NCBI GenBank assembly: GCA_020161655.1
Contig: JAIUPC010000023.1
Location: 16,231 to 80,230 of the forward strand
DNA from: Pseudomonadota bacterium
GTDB taxonomy: Bacteria > Pseudomonadota > Alphaproteobacteria > Rhodobacterales > Rhodobacteraceae
DNA: 64,000 bases
Direction: 5' to 3'
The notes under the pieces were generated by a model. That model worked only from the letters and a program-made list of their open reading frames with translations. It was not told the DNA's origin and searched no databases. A program made the position numbers and the translations under genes. This document shows, piece after piece, positions 8,946-18,321 of this stretch. The first letter of the stretch is position 1. Each line of letters opens with the position of its first letter.

Positions 8946-10078
8946 AATTCGCATCCGAATTCCGCGATCCGACGGCGGCCAAGGGCCTACTGGCGGCAAT
9001 CGCCCACAAGGCCGACGAGATCGGCGCCACGGGCGAAAAGCCCGTCCACATCATGGAGATCTGCGGCGGTCATACCCATTCGATCTTCCGCTACGGGCTC
9101 GACAAGCTGATCCACGAGGGGATCGAGTTCATCCACGGGCCGGGTTGCCCGGTTTGCGTCCTACCGATGTCGCGGGTCGATGAATGCGTGGAGATCGCCG
9201 AGCGGCCGGAGGTGATCTTCACCACCTTCGGTGACGCGATGCGGGTGCCCGGTCACAAGAAGAGCCTGTTGCAGGCAAAGGCGGCGGGGGCCGATATCCG
9301 CATGGTCTATTCACCGCTCGACGCGCTGGAAATCGCGCGGCGGAACCCCGAGCGCGAGGTAGTGTTCTTCGGCCTCGGCTTCGAGACAACGACACCCTCG
9401 ACGGCGCTGTCCATTCAACAGGCGGCGCGTGAAGGGCTGAATAATTTCAGCGTCTTCTGCAACCACATCACCGTGCCCGAGCCGATCAAGGCGCTTCTCG
9501 ACGATCCCCATATGGTTTTGGACGGGTTCATCGGGCCGGGACATGTCTCGATGGTGATCGGGGTTCATCCCTACGATTTCATCGCGGCGGATTACGGCAA
9601 GCCGCTTGTCGTCGCGGGTTTCGAGCCGACGGACCTTCTGCAATCGGTGCTGATGGTGCTGACCCAGATCGCCGAGGGGCGCGCTTCGGTCGAGAACCAA
9701 TATGCCCGCGTGGTGCCTGAGCATGGCAATCCGGTGTCGCTGGCCGCCATCGCCGATGTCTACGAACGCCGCCCCTCCTTCGAATGGCGAGGGCTTGGCG
9801 AGATCGACGCCAGCGGTTTGCGCATTCGTGAAGCTTACCGCGCCTTTGACGCCGAGGAGAAGTTCGGCATCGGCTATGCCGCCGGCCCGCGCGACGTGCC
9901 GGAGATCGAGGGCTGCGCCTGCGGCCAGGTGATGACCGGCCGGATCAAGCCCACCGCCTGCCCGCAGTTCGGCAAGGGCTGCACGCCGGAAATGCCGCTC
10001 GGCGCGCTGATGGTGTCTTCGGAAGGCGCCTGTGCGGCCTATTGGCAATATGGCGGCGCGCGGGTGGCGGCGGAGTAG
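8942..10078 (+). CDS. hypD: Hydrogenase formation protein HypD
   Basis: 378 aa with motifs ICGGHTH, GPGCPVCV and FETT. ATGA overlap with hypC. Confidence 0.94.
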   Translation: MKFASEFRDPTAAKGLLAAIAHKADEIGATGEKPVHIMEICGGHTHSIFRYGLDKLIHEGIEFIHGPGCPVCVLPMSRVDECVEIAERPEVIFTTFGDAMRVPGHKKSLLQAKAAGADIRMVYSPLDALEIARRNPEREVVFFGLGFETTTPSTALSIQQAAREGLNNFSVFCNHITVPEPIKALLDDPHMVLDGFIGPGHVSMVIGVHPYDFIAADYGKPLVVAGFEPTDLLQSVLMVLTQIAEGRASVENQYARVVPEHGNPVSLAAIADVYERRPSFEWRGLGEIDASGLRIREAYRAFDAEEKFGIGYAAGPRDVPEIEGCACGQVMTGRIKPTACPQFGKGCTPEMPLGALMVSSEGACAAYWQYGGARVAAE

Positions 10079-10110
10079 CGGGGGCCAGCCCCCGCACCCC
10101 CGGAGTACTT
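10078..10110. repeat. Intergenic repeat copy A (GC hairpin + ACCCCCGGAGTACTT tail)
   Basis: GCGGGGG-ccag-CCCCCGC hairpin followed by ACCCCCGGAGTACTT, between hypD and hypE. A near-identical element lies at 58065-58102. Confidence 0.6.
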
Positions 10111-10132
10111 TTGGACAGAAAGTGAGGGTCAG

Positions 10133-11155
10133 ATGGCCTTGCGTGATGATCGGGTGACGATGGCCCATGGCGGAGGCGGCACCGCCATGCGCGACCTCAT
10201 CGAAGAGGTCTTCGCCGCCGTCTTCCGCCCCGAGGGGATGGAGGATCAGGCCCGGCTTTCCGAGGCGGCGCTGGCCGAACCCGGCGCGCGTCTGGCCTTC
10301 ACCACCGACAGTTTCGTGGTCACGCCCTTGGAGTTTCCCGGTGGCGATATCGGCAAGATCGCCGTTTGCGGCACGGTGAACGATTTGGTTGTCGGCGGGG
10401 CGCGGCCCCTGTGGCTCTCGGCGGCCTTCATCATCGAGGAAGGCTGCGAGATTGCACTTCTGCGGCGCATTGCCCAGTCGATGCAGGCCGAGGCGGCGAA
10501 GGCCGGGGTCAGGATCGTCACCGGCGACACCAAGGTCGTCGAGCGCGGCAAGGGCGACGGCGTCTTTGTCACCACGGCGGGGGTCGGCGTGATTCCGGCA
10601 GGCTGCGACATCGGCGCGCATCGGATCAGGCCGGGCGATGTGGTGATCGTGAACGGACCACTTGGCAATCATGGCGCCGCGATCCTTGCCGCCCGAGGCG
10701 ATCTCGCGCTGACGGTCACGGTGCCCTCGGACTGCGCCGGACTTGGGCATCTGATGGCGGCGGTGCTTGATGCGGCCCCCTCTATGGCGGCGGCGCGGGA
10801 TGCGACGCGGGGCGGCATCGCCTCAGCGCTGAACGAGCTGGCCGGGGCCGCAGGCGTCGGCGTCATGATCGAGGAGGAGGCGTTGCCGCTGCACCCCGAA
10901 GTGCGGGGGCTGTGCGAGATTCTCGGGCTAGACCCCCTCTACCTCGCCAATGAAGGCACGCTTGTCGCCTTCGTTCCCGAGGCGGAGGCTGAGGCGGCGC
11001 TGGCGGCGATGCGCGCCTGTCCGGAGGGCGAGGGCGCCACGATCATCGGCCGCGCCAGCGCCGCCCATCCGGGCCGGGTGGCGATGCGGACCCTCTTCGG
11101 CGGGACGCGGATCGTCGACATGCTGGTCGGCGAACAACTGCCGCGCATCTGCTAG
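10133..11155 (+). CDS. hypE: Hydrogenase maturation carbamoyl dehydratase HypE
   Basis: 340 aa with an AIR-synthase-like fold (MAHGGGG...). The conserved C-terminus ends in PRIC. Confidence 0.94.
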   Translation: MALRDDRVTMAHGGGGTAMRDLIEEVFAAVFRPEGMEDQARLSEAALAEPGARLAFTTDSFVVTPLEFPGGDIGKIAVCGTVNDLVVGGARPLWLSAAFIIEEGCEIALLRRIAQSMQAEAAKAGVRIVTGDTKVVERGKGDGVFVTTAGVGVIPAGCDIGAHRIRPGDVVIVNGPLGNHGAAILAARGDLALTVTVPSDCAGLGHLMAAVLDAAPSMAAARDATRGGIASALNELAGAAGVGVMIEEEALPLHPEVRGLCEILGLDPLYLANEGTLVAFVPEAEAEAALAAMRACPEGEGATIIGRASAAHPGRVAMRTLFGGTRIVDMLVGEQLPRIC

Positions 11156-11167
11156 GCTGCGAGCTTG

Positions 11168-11893
11168 TCAGGCGGTGCTGCCGCCATCCACCGTCAGGAT
11201 CGTTCCGGTGATCCGCGCGGCCTCAGGGCCAAGGAGATAGGCGACCGCGCCGGCGGCATCTTCGGGCAGAGCGAGTCCCAGCGGCGCGCGGCGGCGGATC
11301 GATTCCAGCTTGTGCCCGTCAAGGCTGCTGGTCATCTCCGTTTCCATATAGCCCGGCGCCACGCAATTGACGGTAATGCCGCGCTTGCCAAGCTCGCGCG
11401 AAAGCGACCGCGTCATGCCTTCAAGGCCGGCCTTCGACGCGGCATAGGCCGCAAGACCGTGGAACCCGGTCGAGGCGATGATCGAGGAAATGCTGACGAT
11501 CCGCCCCTCACGCTTGGCGAGCATCCCGCGCGAGGCGTATTTGATGAGAACGAGAGGTGCCATCAGGTTGACCGTCAGCACCTTCTGGATGTCGGTCTGG
11601 TGCATCGTTGCCAGCACGCCGTCCATGCCGATGGCGGCGTTGTTCACGAGCCCCCAAAGCGTGCCGTGCCGGTCGACCACATCGCCGACAAGGCCGGGGA
11701 TGCTGTCGATCTCACCAAGGTCGCTCTGCACGAATTCCGCCCGGCCCTTGCTCTCTTCGACAAGCGCGCCGTATTCGTCGCTGAGGGTCCGGCTGGTCCC
11801 GACCACCCGATAAGCCTCGGCATCATCCAACAGACGCCGGGCCGTGGCGAGCCCGAGACCGCGCGAAACCCCCGTCACAAGAACCGTCTTCAT
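11168..11893 (-). CDS. Short-chain dehydrogenase/reductase (FabG-like 3-oxoacyl-ACP reductase)
   Basis: 241 aa with TGVSRGLGLA Rossmann motif, NNAA, and catalytic YxxxK (YAASKAG). Confidence 0.85.
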   Translation of the reverse strand: MKTVLVTGVSRGLGLATARRLLDDAEAYRVVGTSRTLSDEYGALVEESKGRAEFVQSDLGEIDSIPGLVGDVVDRHGTLWGLVNNAAIGMDGVLATMHQTDIQKVLTVNLMAPLVLIKYASRGMLAKREGRIVSISSIIASTGFHGLAAYAASKAGLEGMTRSLSRELGKRGITVNCVAPGYMETEMTSSLDGHKLESIRRRAPLGLALPEDAAGAVAYLLGPEAARITGTILTVDGGSTA

Positions 11894-13212
11894 CCTGAGG
11901 TCGCTCCCTTACGCACAAGTTTTCCGGCCGCGTTCGTCTCGAATCCGTCGACGAAACGCACGATGGCGGGCACCGCCTCCCGCACCAGTTTCGCTCGGCA
12001 GGTATCGAGGATGGCCTGTTTCACGATTGCCGGGTCGGCACCGTCCTGAACCTGGATCTCGGCCACGACGAGGGTGCCGGTGATCGGGTTCTTCTTGGAG
12101 GTGACCTGCACCAGCGCCACACCCGGCACGGTCTTGACCGCATCCTCCACCGTTTCGGGGAAGAACTTCACGCCGCCGACGTTGATGACGCCGTTTTCCC
12201 GGCCAAGGAAGTGCAGGCGGTCGCCCCGCGTCTCGATCATGTCGCCGGAGCGGACGTAGCCATCTGCATCGACTTCGACATCCGACCCCGGCGCGGCGGC
12301 GGTGGCCGGGCGAAGCCAGAGGATGCCGTCGACAAGCTTGAGCCTCGTGCCGCCGGGCGCTGCGGACAGATAGGCCTCGGGGAAGCCCGCCCTTCCGTCA
12401 TTCACCGAAAAGCCGACGCCCGCCTCGGTCGAAGCATAAATATGGGTCACGCGCGCCGCCGGGAACGAGACGCGGAGCGCATCCATCGTGGCCTGATCGG
12501 CGATCTCGCCACCAAGCGTGACCTGCTTCAGGGGGAGGTCGCGGTGCCCCGGCACCATCAGGATGCGCCGCCAGAGAGTCGGCGTCGCCGAAAGGTGGGT
12601 AACACCTTGGCGTGCCAAGGCCGCGATCTGCTCGGCTATCGGGCGATGGGTGTCGGCCACGACCAGCCGCCCGCCGCCAATCAGCGCCTGAAGCGTGACC
12701 TGAAGCCCGGCAAAGCGGGTCGGGTCATAGAGAAGGCCCCAGGTCGGCGCTTCGGCGGGGGCAAAGCGGTAGACGCTGCGCGCAAGGGATTTGAGGCTGT
12801 GGGGAACGATCTTCGGAATGCCGGTCGTGCCCGAGGTCGTCATCAGCCATGTCGTCTGGGTGGTGGGCGCGATATGGCCTTTACCAATGCCCTCCTCAAG
12901 GCCTGCGGCCCCCGCGACACCGCCGAGGTCGGGGTGGTCGGTCAAGAGGGCCGCGCAGCCAGCGCGGGCGATGAGTTGCCCGACGGTCGCGGCATCGAGC
13001 GAACCGGAGAGGAGCAGCATCGAGGCGACCCGGCCATCGAGCGCGACGATGGCGCGCAAGAGAAGCAGTGGATCATCGAAGCAGAGGGCGACGCGGGCGT
13101 CCGGCCCAAGGCTTTTGAGCGGCGTGAACAGGCACAAATCCTCGCGCGTGGTCACGCTGCCATCGGCAGCGAGGATCGCAGAGACGTTGATCTGGTCGCT
13201 GAGCGGGGTCAT
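11890..13212 (-). CDS. AMP-dependent synthetase/ligase (ANL superfamily, probable acyl-ACP ligase)
   Basis: 440 aa with the AMP-binding core MTTSGTTGIPK and later GDMIE...GR motifs. Overlaps both neighbours by 4 nt. Confidence 0.85.
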   Translation of the reverse strand: MTPLSDQINVSAILAADGSVTTREDLCLFTPLKSLGPDARVALCFDDPLLLLRAIVALDGRVASMLLLSGSLDAATVGQLIARAGCAALLTDHPDLGGVAGAAGLEEGIGKGHIAPTTQTTWLMTTSGTTGIPKIVPHSLKSLARSVYRFAPAEAPTWGLLYDPTRFAGLQVTLQALIGGGRLVVADTHRPIAEQIAALARQGVTHLSATPTLWRRILMVPGHRDLPLKQVTLGGEIADQATMDALRVSFPAARVTHIYASTEAGVGFSVNDGRAGFPEAYLSAAPGGTRLKLVDGILWLRPATAAAPGSDVEVDADGYVRSGDMIETRGDRLHFLGRENGVINVGGVKFFPETVEDAVKTVPGVALVQVTSKKNPITGTLVVAEIQVQDGADPAIVKQAILDTCRAKLVREAVPAIVRFVDGFETNAAGKLVRKGATSG

Positions 13213-13466
13213 GCCCTGGGCTGGTACTTTTCGTAAAACGCCACGAACTCGGCAAAGGTCTGCGGATAGTAGGAATCGTCCGAAAGCGTGAAGGGATCGA
13301 AGCCCAGTTCCTCATCAAGCATGGAGACGAAGATGGCGAAGCCCAGGCTGTCCAGCCCGCTGTCCAGAAGGACGGTGTCGGCCTTCATCTCCGGCGCGGT
13401 GGTGCCTTTTTCCTGTTTCCAGACCTCGGCAAAGACCTTGCGGATACCGGATTCGATTTCACTCAT
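13209..13466 (-). CDS. Acyl carrier protein
   Basis: 85 aa, acidic, with phosphopantetheine attachment motif LDSGLDSLG. Confidence 0.85.
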   Translation of the reverse strand: MSEIESGIRKVFAEVWKQEKGTTAPEMKADTVLLDSGLDSLGFAIFVSMLDEELGFDPFTLSDDSYYPQTFAEFVAFYEKYQPRA

Positions 13467-13489
13467 GCTCTTTCCTCACAGATTTTGGC

Positions 13490-14014
13490 TCACCGTCTGA
13501 TCGGCGAAGCATCGCCCTTGTCCAGACGGATGCCCCAGGCTCCCGTCACGATGTTCTGTTCGACGACCCGCGCCGGGTTGCCCATCACCACGCTGTTCGA
13601 CGGCACGTCGCGGCCAACGACGGAATTGGCGGTGACGATGACCGAGTCGCCAATCGTGACGCCCGGCAGGACGACGGCGCCGTAACCGATGAAGCAGTTG
13701 CTGCCGATGCGGACCTCGCGGTGCTGGCGGTTCACGAAATCATGGGTCAGGATCGCCGCGCCTGAGGTGACGACAGTGCAGTCGCCGATGTGAATGCCCT
13801 TGGGAAAGGTCTTGTCGAGACGCGCGCCCATCGAAACCCTGACATCGGTGCCAAAATCCATGCCGTAGAGGCGGCGATAGTAGAAGTTGACGCCGGGCAG
13901 CACGATGTTGCGATGGACGATCGTTCTGAGGGTTGCCAGCAGTGCCATGCGGAAAGGTCTGTCCCTGTCGTTGTGCGCGGCGATTTCCTTAAGCCCGAAA
14001 ATCCCTCCGAACAA
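13490..14014 (-). CDS. Left-handed beta-helix (hexapeptide-repeat) acyl/acetyltransferase
   Basis: 174 aa with hexapeptide repeats (IGDCTVVTSGAAIL, IGSNCFIGYGAVVLPGVTIGDSVIVTANSVV). First gene of the minus-strand cassette. Confidence 0.82.
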   Translation of the reverse strand: MFGGIFGLKEIAAHNDRDRPFRMALLATLRTIVHRNIVLPGVNFYYRRLYGMDFGTDVRVSMGARLDKTFPKGIHIGDCTVVTSGAAILTHDFVNRQHREVRIGSNCFIGYGAVVLPGVTIGDSVIVTANSVVGRDVPSNSVVMGNPARVVEQNIVTGAWGIRLDKGDASPIRR

Positions 14015-14192
14015 ACACTATGTTGCCGCCGTAGGCCAGAGCGCCGGGTGATTGGGCGCGCCGGTGGCAACAAAGCGACAATCTGCGAAGAAATCCAGCG
14101 GTGGCCGCGGGTCGGGAACAGCGAAGGTCAGGGGCGATCCCTTCGACCATCGTCCAATACTGCGGCCACCGGCGCGGGCGTAGCTTGGCCCC

Positions 14193-16262
14193 ATGCGCGC
14201 GTTCTTCCGAAACTGCCTTCTTCTTCTGGGGCTTGTCTGGTGCGGTCCGGCATCGGCGGCACCCCTTGACCGTGCCGCGCTCGAACCCCTGATCGTGCCA
14301 CCCTATGCGTTGGGCGAGCCGGTCAACGACAAGGGCGTCTGGGGCCTTCTGAACTCCGGCGGCGCCGAGGCGGGCTATGTCTTTGAAACCGCTCCGCTCG
14401 CCCCCCTGCCCGGCTTCTCCGGCGCGCCCATCGACATGCTGGTCATGCTCGACCTTGAAGGCCGCTTCATTGATGTAAGGCTCGTCTCGCATAACGAGCC
14501 GATCTTCGTATCCGGTCTGGGCGAGGCGCCTTTCAGGGCGTTCCTCGAACAATACCGGGGCCAGTCGATCAATGAGCCACTTGTCGTCGGAACGCCCTAC
14601 GGCAATGGCGGCTCGGGATCGGACCTTGTCTATCTCGACGGCGTGACCAAGGCGACGGCGAGCGTGCGGATCGCCCATGAATCGATCCTTGCCGCCGCCC
14701 TCCAGGTGGCGCGCGAAAAGATGCAGGGCGTGTCGAGCGGTCCGCCCGCGTTTCCAGACCCTGATCATGCCGAAAACCTTGCCTGGGACGACCTCGTGTC
14801 TCAAGGGATCGCCGGGCATGTCACCGTCACCAACCGCGAGCTGGACGCAGCCTTTGCCGGCACGATCTGGGCCGATGACGACCCTGAGGCGCAAGCCGAC
14901 CCCGACGGGATCTTCCTCGACCTCTGGCTTGTCGACATCGGCGCACCGTCCATCGCGCGGGCCGTGCTGACGGAGGATTCGCTCGCCGACCTCGACCGCT
15001 TCCTCGCCGTCTCGCCCTCTGACGAGCCCATTCTGGTGATCGACACCGGGCGGCATGGGCTGGTGTCGGCGGATTTCGTCCGCAACACCGCGCCCGACCG
15101 GCTTTCGGCGGAGCAGGACGGCTTTCCGGTCGCGCTCCGCGATGCCGATCTACTCTTCGAGACGCTGCCGGGGGTGCCTGAAGGTACGGCGATGATCCTG
15201 CGCACCGACCGCAGGCTCGGCTTCGATCCGACGCGGGATTGGGTGCTGACGGTGCAGGCGGTGCGCGAACACGGCATGTTCCAGCCCGAGCTTGGCAGCG
15301 CGCATTTCAGGTTGCCGCACAAGACCGATGCGCGCTTCTACACCCGCCCTGGCGCGGTAGAGGCGCTGCCGCCCTGGCGCGAGGCGATCCTGAACCGGCA
15401 GGGCGATCTTGCGGCTCTGGCAGGCTTTCTCGCCGGCCTTCTGGGGCTTCTGGCATTCGGCACGAGGCACTTTGCCGGCTGGCGCCACTTCACGGCGGCG
15501 CGGCTGACGGTGCTTGGCTTTGTCACTGTCTTCATCGGCTGGTGGGGTCAGGGACAACTCTCCGTCGTCACGCCGCTGGCAACGCTTCGTGCCAGCATCG
15601 ACCGCGCGAGCTTTGCGTTCCTGCTTTACGATCCTTTCTCGCTCCTGATATGGGCCGTCGCCGGCATCGGTTTTGTCCTCTGGGGGCGCGGGCTTTTCTG
15701 TGGCTGGCTCTGCCCGTTCGGCGCCTTGCAGGAGTTCGCCCACCACCTCGGCCGCCTGTTGCGCCTGCCAAGGATCGAGCCTTCCGCGCTTTGGGACCGG
15801 CGACTGAAATCCGTGAAGTACCTCCTCCTCGCCGGGCTGGTCGCGACCGTGGTGATCGCGCCGGAACATGTCGACAAGGCGGCCGAGATCGAGCCGTTCA
15901 AGACGGCGATCACCGTCTTCTTCGTCCGCGACTGGTACTATGTTGCCTATGCCGCCTTCTGGCTCCTGCTCGGCATGGTGACGTTCAAGGGTTTCTGCCG
16001 CTATGTCTGCCCGCTGGGCGCGGTGATGGCGATTGGCGGTCTTGTGCGCGGGCGCGACTGGATTGCGCGCCGCGCCGAATGCGGGACGCCCTGCCAGCTT
16101 TGCAAGGTCCGCTGCAACTACGGCTCGATCAGGAAGTCGGGCGCCATCGACTATTCCGAATGCTTCCAGTGCCTCGACTGCGTGACGATCCATGACGATC
16201 CGCAGCAATGCGTGCCCTTGATCCTGGCGGCGCGGCGCGGGGAAAGGCTTGCGGCGGAATGA
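14193..16262 (+). CDS. NosR/NirI-family membrane flavo-iron-sulfur protein
   Basis: 689 aa with signal peptide and a periplasmic FMN-bind-like domain bearing flavinylation-type motif DGVTKATAS (Thr codon 14655-14657). Several TM helices with two CX3CP motifs (CGWLCP, CRYVCP). C-terminal ferredoxin-like Cys clusters (CGTPCQLCKVRC, CFQCLDC...C). Confidence 0.85.
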   Translation: MRAFFRNCLLLLGLVWCGPASAAPLDRAALEPLIVPPYALGEPVNDKGVWGLLNSGGAEAGYVFETAPLAPLPGFSGAPIDMLVMLDLEGRFIDVRLVSHNEPIFVSGLGEAPFRAFLEQYRGQSINEPLVVGTPYGNGGSGSDLVYLDGVTKATASVRIAHESILAAALQVAREKMQGVSSGPPAFPDPDHAENLAWDDLVSQGIAGHVTVTNRELDAAFAGTIWADDDPEAQADPDGIFLDLWLVDIGAPSIARAVLTEDSLADLDRFLAVSPSDEPILVIDTGRHGLVSADFVRNTAPDRLSAEQDGFPVALRDADLLFETLPGVPEGTAMILRTDRRLGFDPTRDWVLTVQAVREHGMFQPELGSAHFRLPHKTDARFYTRPGAVEALPPWREAILNRQGDLAALAGFLAGLLGLLAFGTRHFAGWRHFTAARLTVLGFVTVFIGWWGQGQLSVVTPLATLRASIDRASFAFLLYDPFSLLIWAVAGIGFVLWGRGLFCGWLCPFGALQEFAHHLGRLLRLPRIEPSALWDRRLKSVKYLLLAGLVATVVIAPEHVDKAAEIEPFKTAITVFFVRDWYYVAYAAFWLLLGMVTFKGFCRYVCPLGAVMAIGGLVRGRDWIARRAECGTPCQLCKVRCNYGSIRKSGAIDYSECFQCLDCVTIHDDPQQCVPLILAARRGERLAAE

Positions 16263-17137
16263 AGCGGCGGCGGTTCCTGCAGATCGCGGCGGCGGCGGCG
16301 GCGCTTCCGGACCGGGCCATGGCCGAAACGACCTGGCAGAGCGTGGCGCTTGGCGCCGATGTCTCCGTCACCCTCAGCGGCAACGTGGCAGAGGCCGAGG
16401 CGGCCATCGCGGGGACGCAAACGATCCTCAGGCAGATGGAGGCCGAGTTCAGCCTTTTCGACCCTGAATCGACCCTGGCTCGCCTGAATCGTGCCGGACG
16501 GCTGACGCCCGACCCGGAATTCCGCGCCCTTTGCGAAGCGGCGGATCATGCGCACCACCTGACCGGCGGCCTTTTCGATCCGACCATCCAGCCGCTCTGG
16601 CTGGCCCGTGCCGCAGGGCTGGACGAAGGCGCTGCCAGTGAGAGCATAGGTTGGAACCGCGTCTCGATCGGCGACGAGGTCCGCCTCGGCGAAGGGCAGG
16701 CCCTCAGCTTCAATGGTATCGCGCAGGGCTACGCCACCGACAGGGTGCGCGATTTCCTGAGAGCGCGCGGCTTCGGACGCGCCCTCATCAATATCGGTGA
16801 GTTTGCAGCTCTGGGCGGCCCCTTCGATATCGGCATCTCCGATCCCGATTTCGGCCTTCTCGGGCGCCGTCACCTCAGCAGTACCGCGATGGCCACGTCG
16901 AGCCCATATGCCATGCGCCTGTCCGGCGGCAGCCACATCCTTGGCCCGAAAGGCGAAACGCCGCTCTGGTCGACGGTCAGCGTCGAAGCGGATCGCGCGA
17001 CACTTGCCGATGCGCTCTCGACCGCGCTGGTCTTTCTCGACCTCAAGGGGATCAAGGGCCTGCTTCGGGCCGCGCCCGAGGTTCGCTCTGTCACGCTGAT
17101 CTCAAGGGAAGGCGACCTCTCAACGCTGAGCGCCTGA
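16259..17137 (+). CDS. apbE: ApbE-family FAD:protein FMN transferase (NosX/NirX-like)
   Basis: Tat-type leader MKRRRFLQIAAAAAALPDRAMA and ApbE-like body. ATGA overlap with the NosR-like gene. The track ORF start at 16208 is rejected. Confidence 0.82.
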   Translation: MKRRRFLQIAAAAAALPDRAMAETTWQSVALGADVSVTLSGNVAEAEAAIAGTQTILRQMEAEFSLFDPESTLARLNRAGRLTPDPEFRALCEAADHAHHLTGGLFDPTIQPLWLARAAGLDEGAASESIGWNRVSIGDEVRLGEGQALSFNGIAQGYATDRVRDFLRARGFGRALINIGEFAALGGPFDIGISDPDFGLLGRRHLSSTAMATSSPYAMRLSGGSHILGPKGETPLWSTVSVEADRATLADALSTALVFLDLKGIKGLLRAAPEVRSVTLISREGDLSTLSA

Positions 17138-17229
17138 TTTCCTTTTCGTCCCGCGCAAGGACACAATGCCGGCAGCGCAGGACACCCGCGCTGGCCTAAA
17201 TCCACAACTTGTGATTTCTTCGCCGGAGA

Positions 17230-18318
17230 TTGCTGGAAAGATTTGCGGGGCCATCGGTGAGCACGACATACTCGACAATTGTCGCGACGAGAAACCGGCC
17301 CGACGCGCTGGCTCTGTCCCTGCCGCTGATCCTGGCGCAGTCCCGGCCGCCCGAATCGGTGCTGGTCGTCGACAGTTCCGATGACCCGCGCCCAAACGCC
17401 GGGCTGGTCGCGCAACTGGCGATCGGGGCGAAGATGCCGGTGGCGCATCGCTCCAGCGCCCCGGGGCTGCCGCTTCAGCGCAACATCGGCCTCGCCGGGA
17501 TCGCCTCTGATGTGACCCTCTTTCCCGATGACGACAGCCTGCTCTTTCCCGACGCGATGGAGCATGCGATGCGGATTTACGACCTTGACACCGCCGGGCG
17601 GGTCGGCGGCGTCCGCACGGCAGAGGCGCGGGTCGCGCCACCCGGTGTGCTGAACACCCCGGCGCGGGCCGCGGCCGCCCCCGCCTACAAGATGCGCACG
17701 ACGGACCGGATCAAGGCGCTGATCTCGCGCCGCCGCTACGCGCTAGAGGCGAAGCTCTTTCCCGAGCCTTTCGCGGATATCGGCGCCCGCATGACCGCGC
17801 GGATCGGCGCCATGCCCGAGGCGCTTGCGTCCGAAGGCGCGGTGACGATCCCGTGGATGACCGGGTTCCGCATGTCGTTCCGGACCGCGCTGATCCGCGC
17901 CAGGGGCTTCAACGAGAATCTCGGGCGCTATGCGCTGTTCGAGGACATCGACGCCAGCCTCGGCATCCTTCAGGGCGGGCATCTTCTGATCGGCGCACCC
18001 AAGGCCAAGATCTTCCACCACAAGGCGCCGGAGCGACGGGCAAACGGCGCGACCATCGGCGCCATGCATGTGCTCAATCGCGCCTATGTCGTGGCGCGGA
18101 CGGGTGAAACCGACCCGGCGACGCGACGGATGACCCGGCGATATCTTGCCTACAAGATCGCGCAGTATGCCTCTGGCGCGATGAGCGAGTTTGGCCGGGA
18201 ACGACTTGCGGGCGCCTTTGCCGCCTATCGGGGAACGGATGAGATCCTGACTGCCCGGCCTGAGAACCTCGATGCCACATACCTTCGCTGGCGGGCGCAA
18301 CTGATCCATGAGCGCTAA
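17230..18318 (+). CDS. Family-2 glycosyltransferase
   Basis: N-terminal STIVATRNRPDALALSLPLIL...VLVVDSSDD GT2 pattern, with FPDDDS resembling a DxD. The start is uncertain (TTG 17230 or GTG 17257). Confidence 0.75.
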   Translation: MLERFAGPSVSTTYSTIVATRNRPDALALSLPLILAQSRPPESVLVVDSSDDPRPNAGLVAQLAIGAKMPVAHRSSAPGLPLQRNIGLAGIASDVTLFPDDDSLLFPDAMEHAMRIYDLDTAGRVGGVRTAEARVAPPGVLNTPARAAAAPAYKMRTTDRIKALISRRRYALEAKLFPEPFADIGARMTARIGAMPEALASEGAVTIPWMTGFRMSFRTALIRARGFNENLGRYALFEDIDASLGILQGGHLLIGAPKAKIFHHKAPERRANGATIGAMHVLNRAYVVARTGETDPATRRMTRRYLAYKIAQYASGAMSEFGRERLAGAFAAYRGTDEILTARPENLDATYLRWRAQLIHER

Positions 18319-18321
18319 GGC

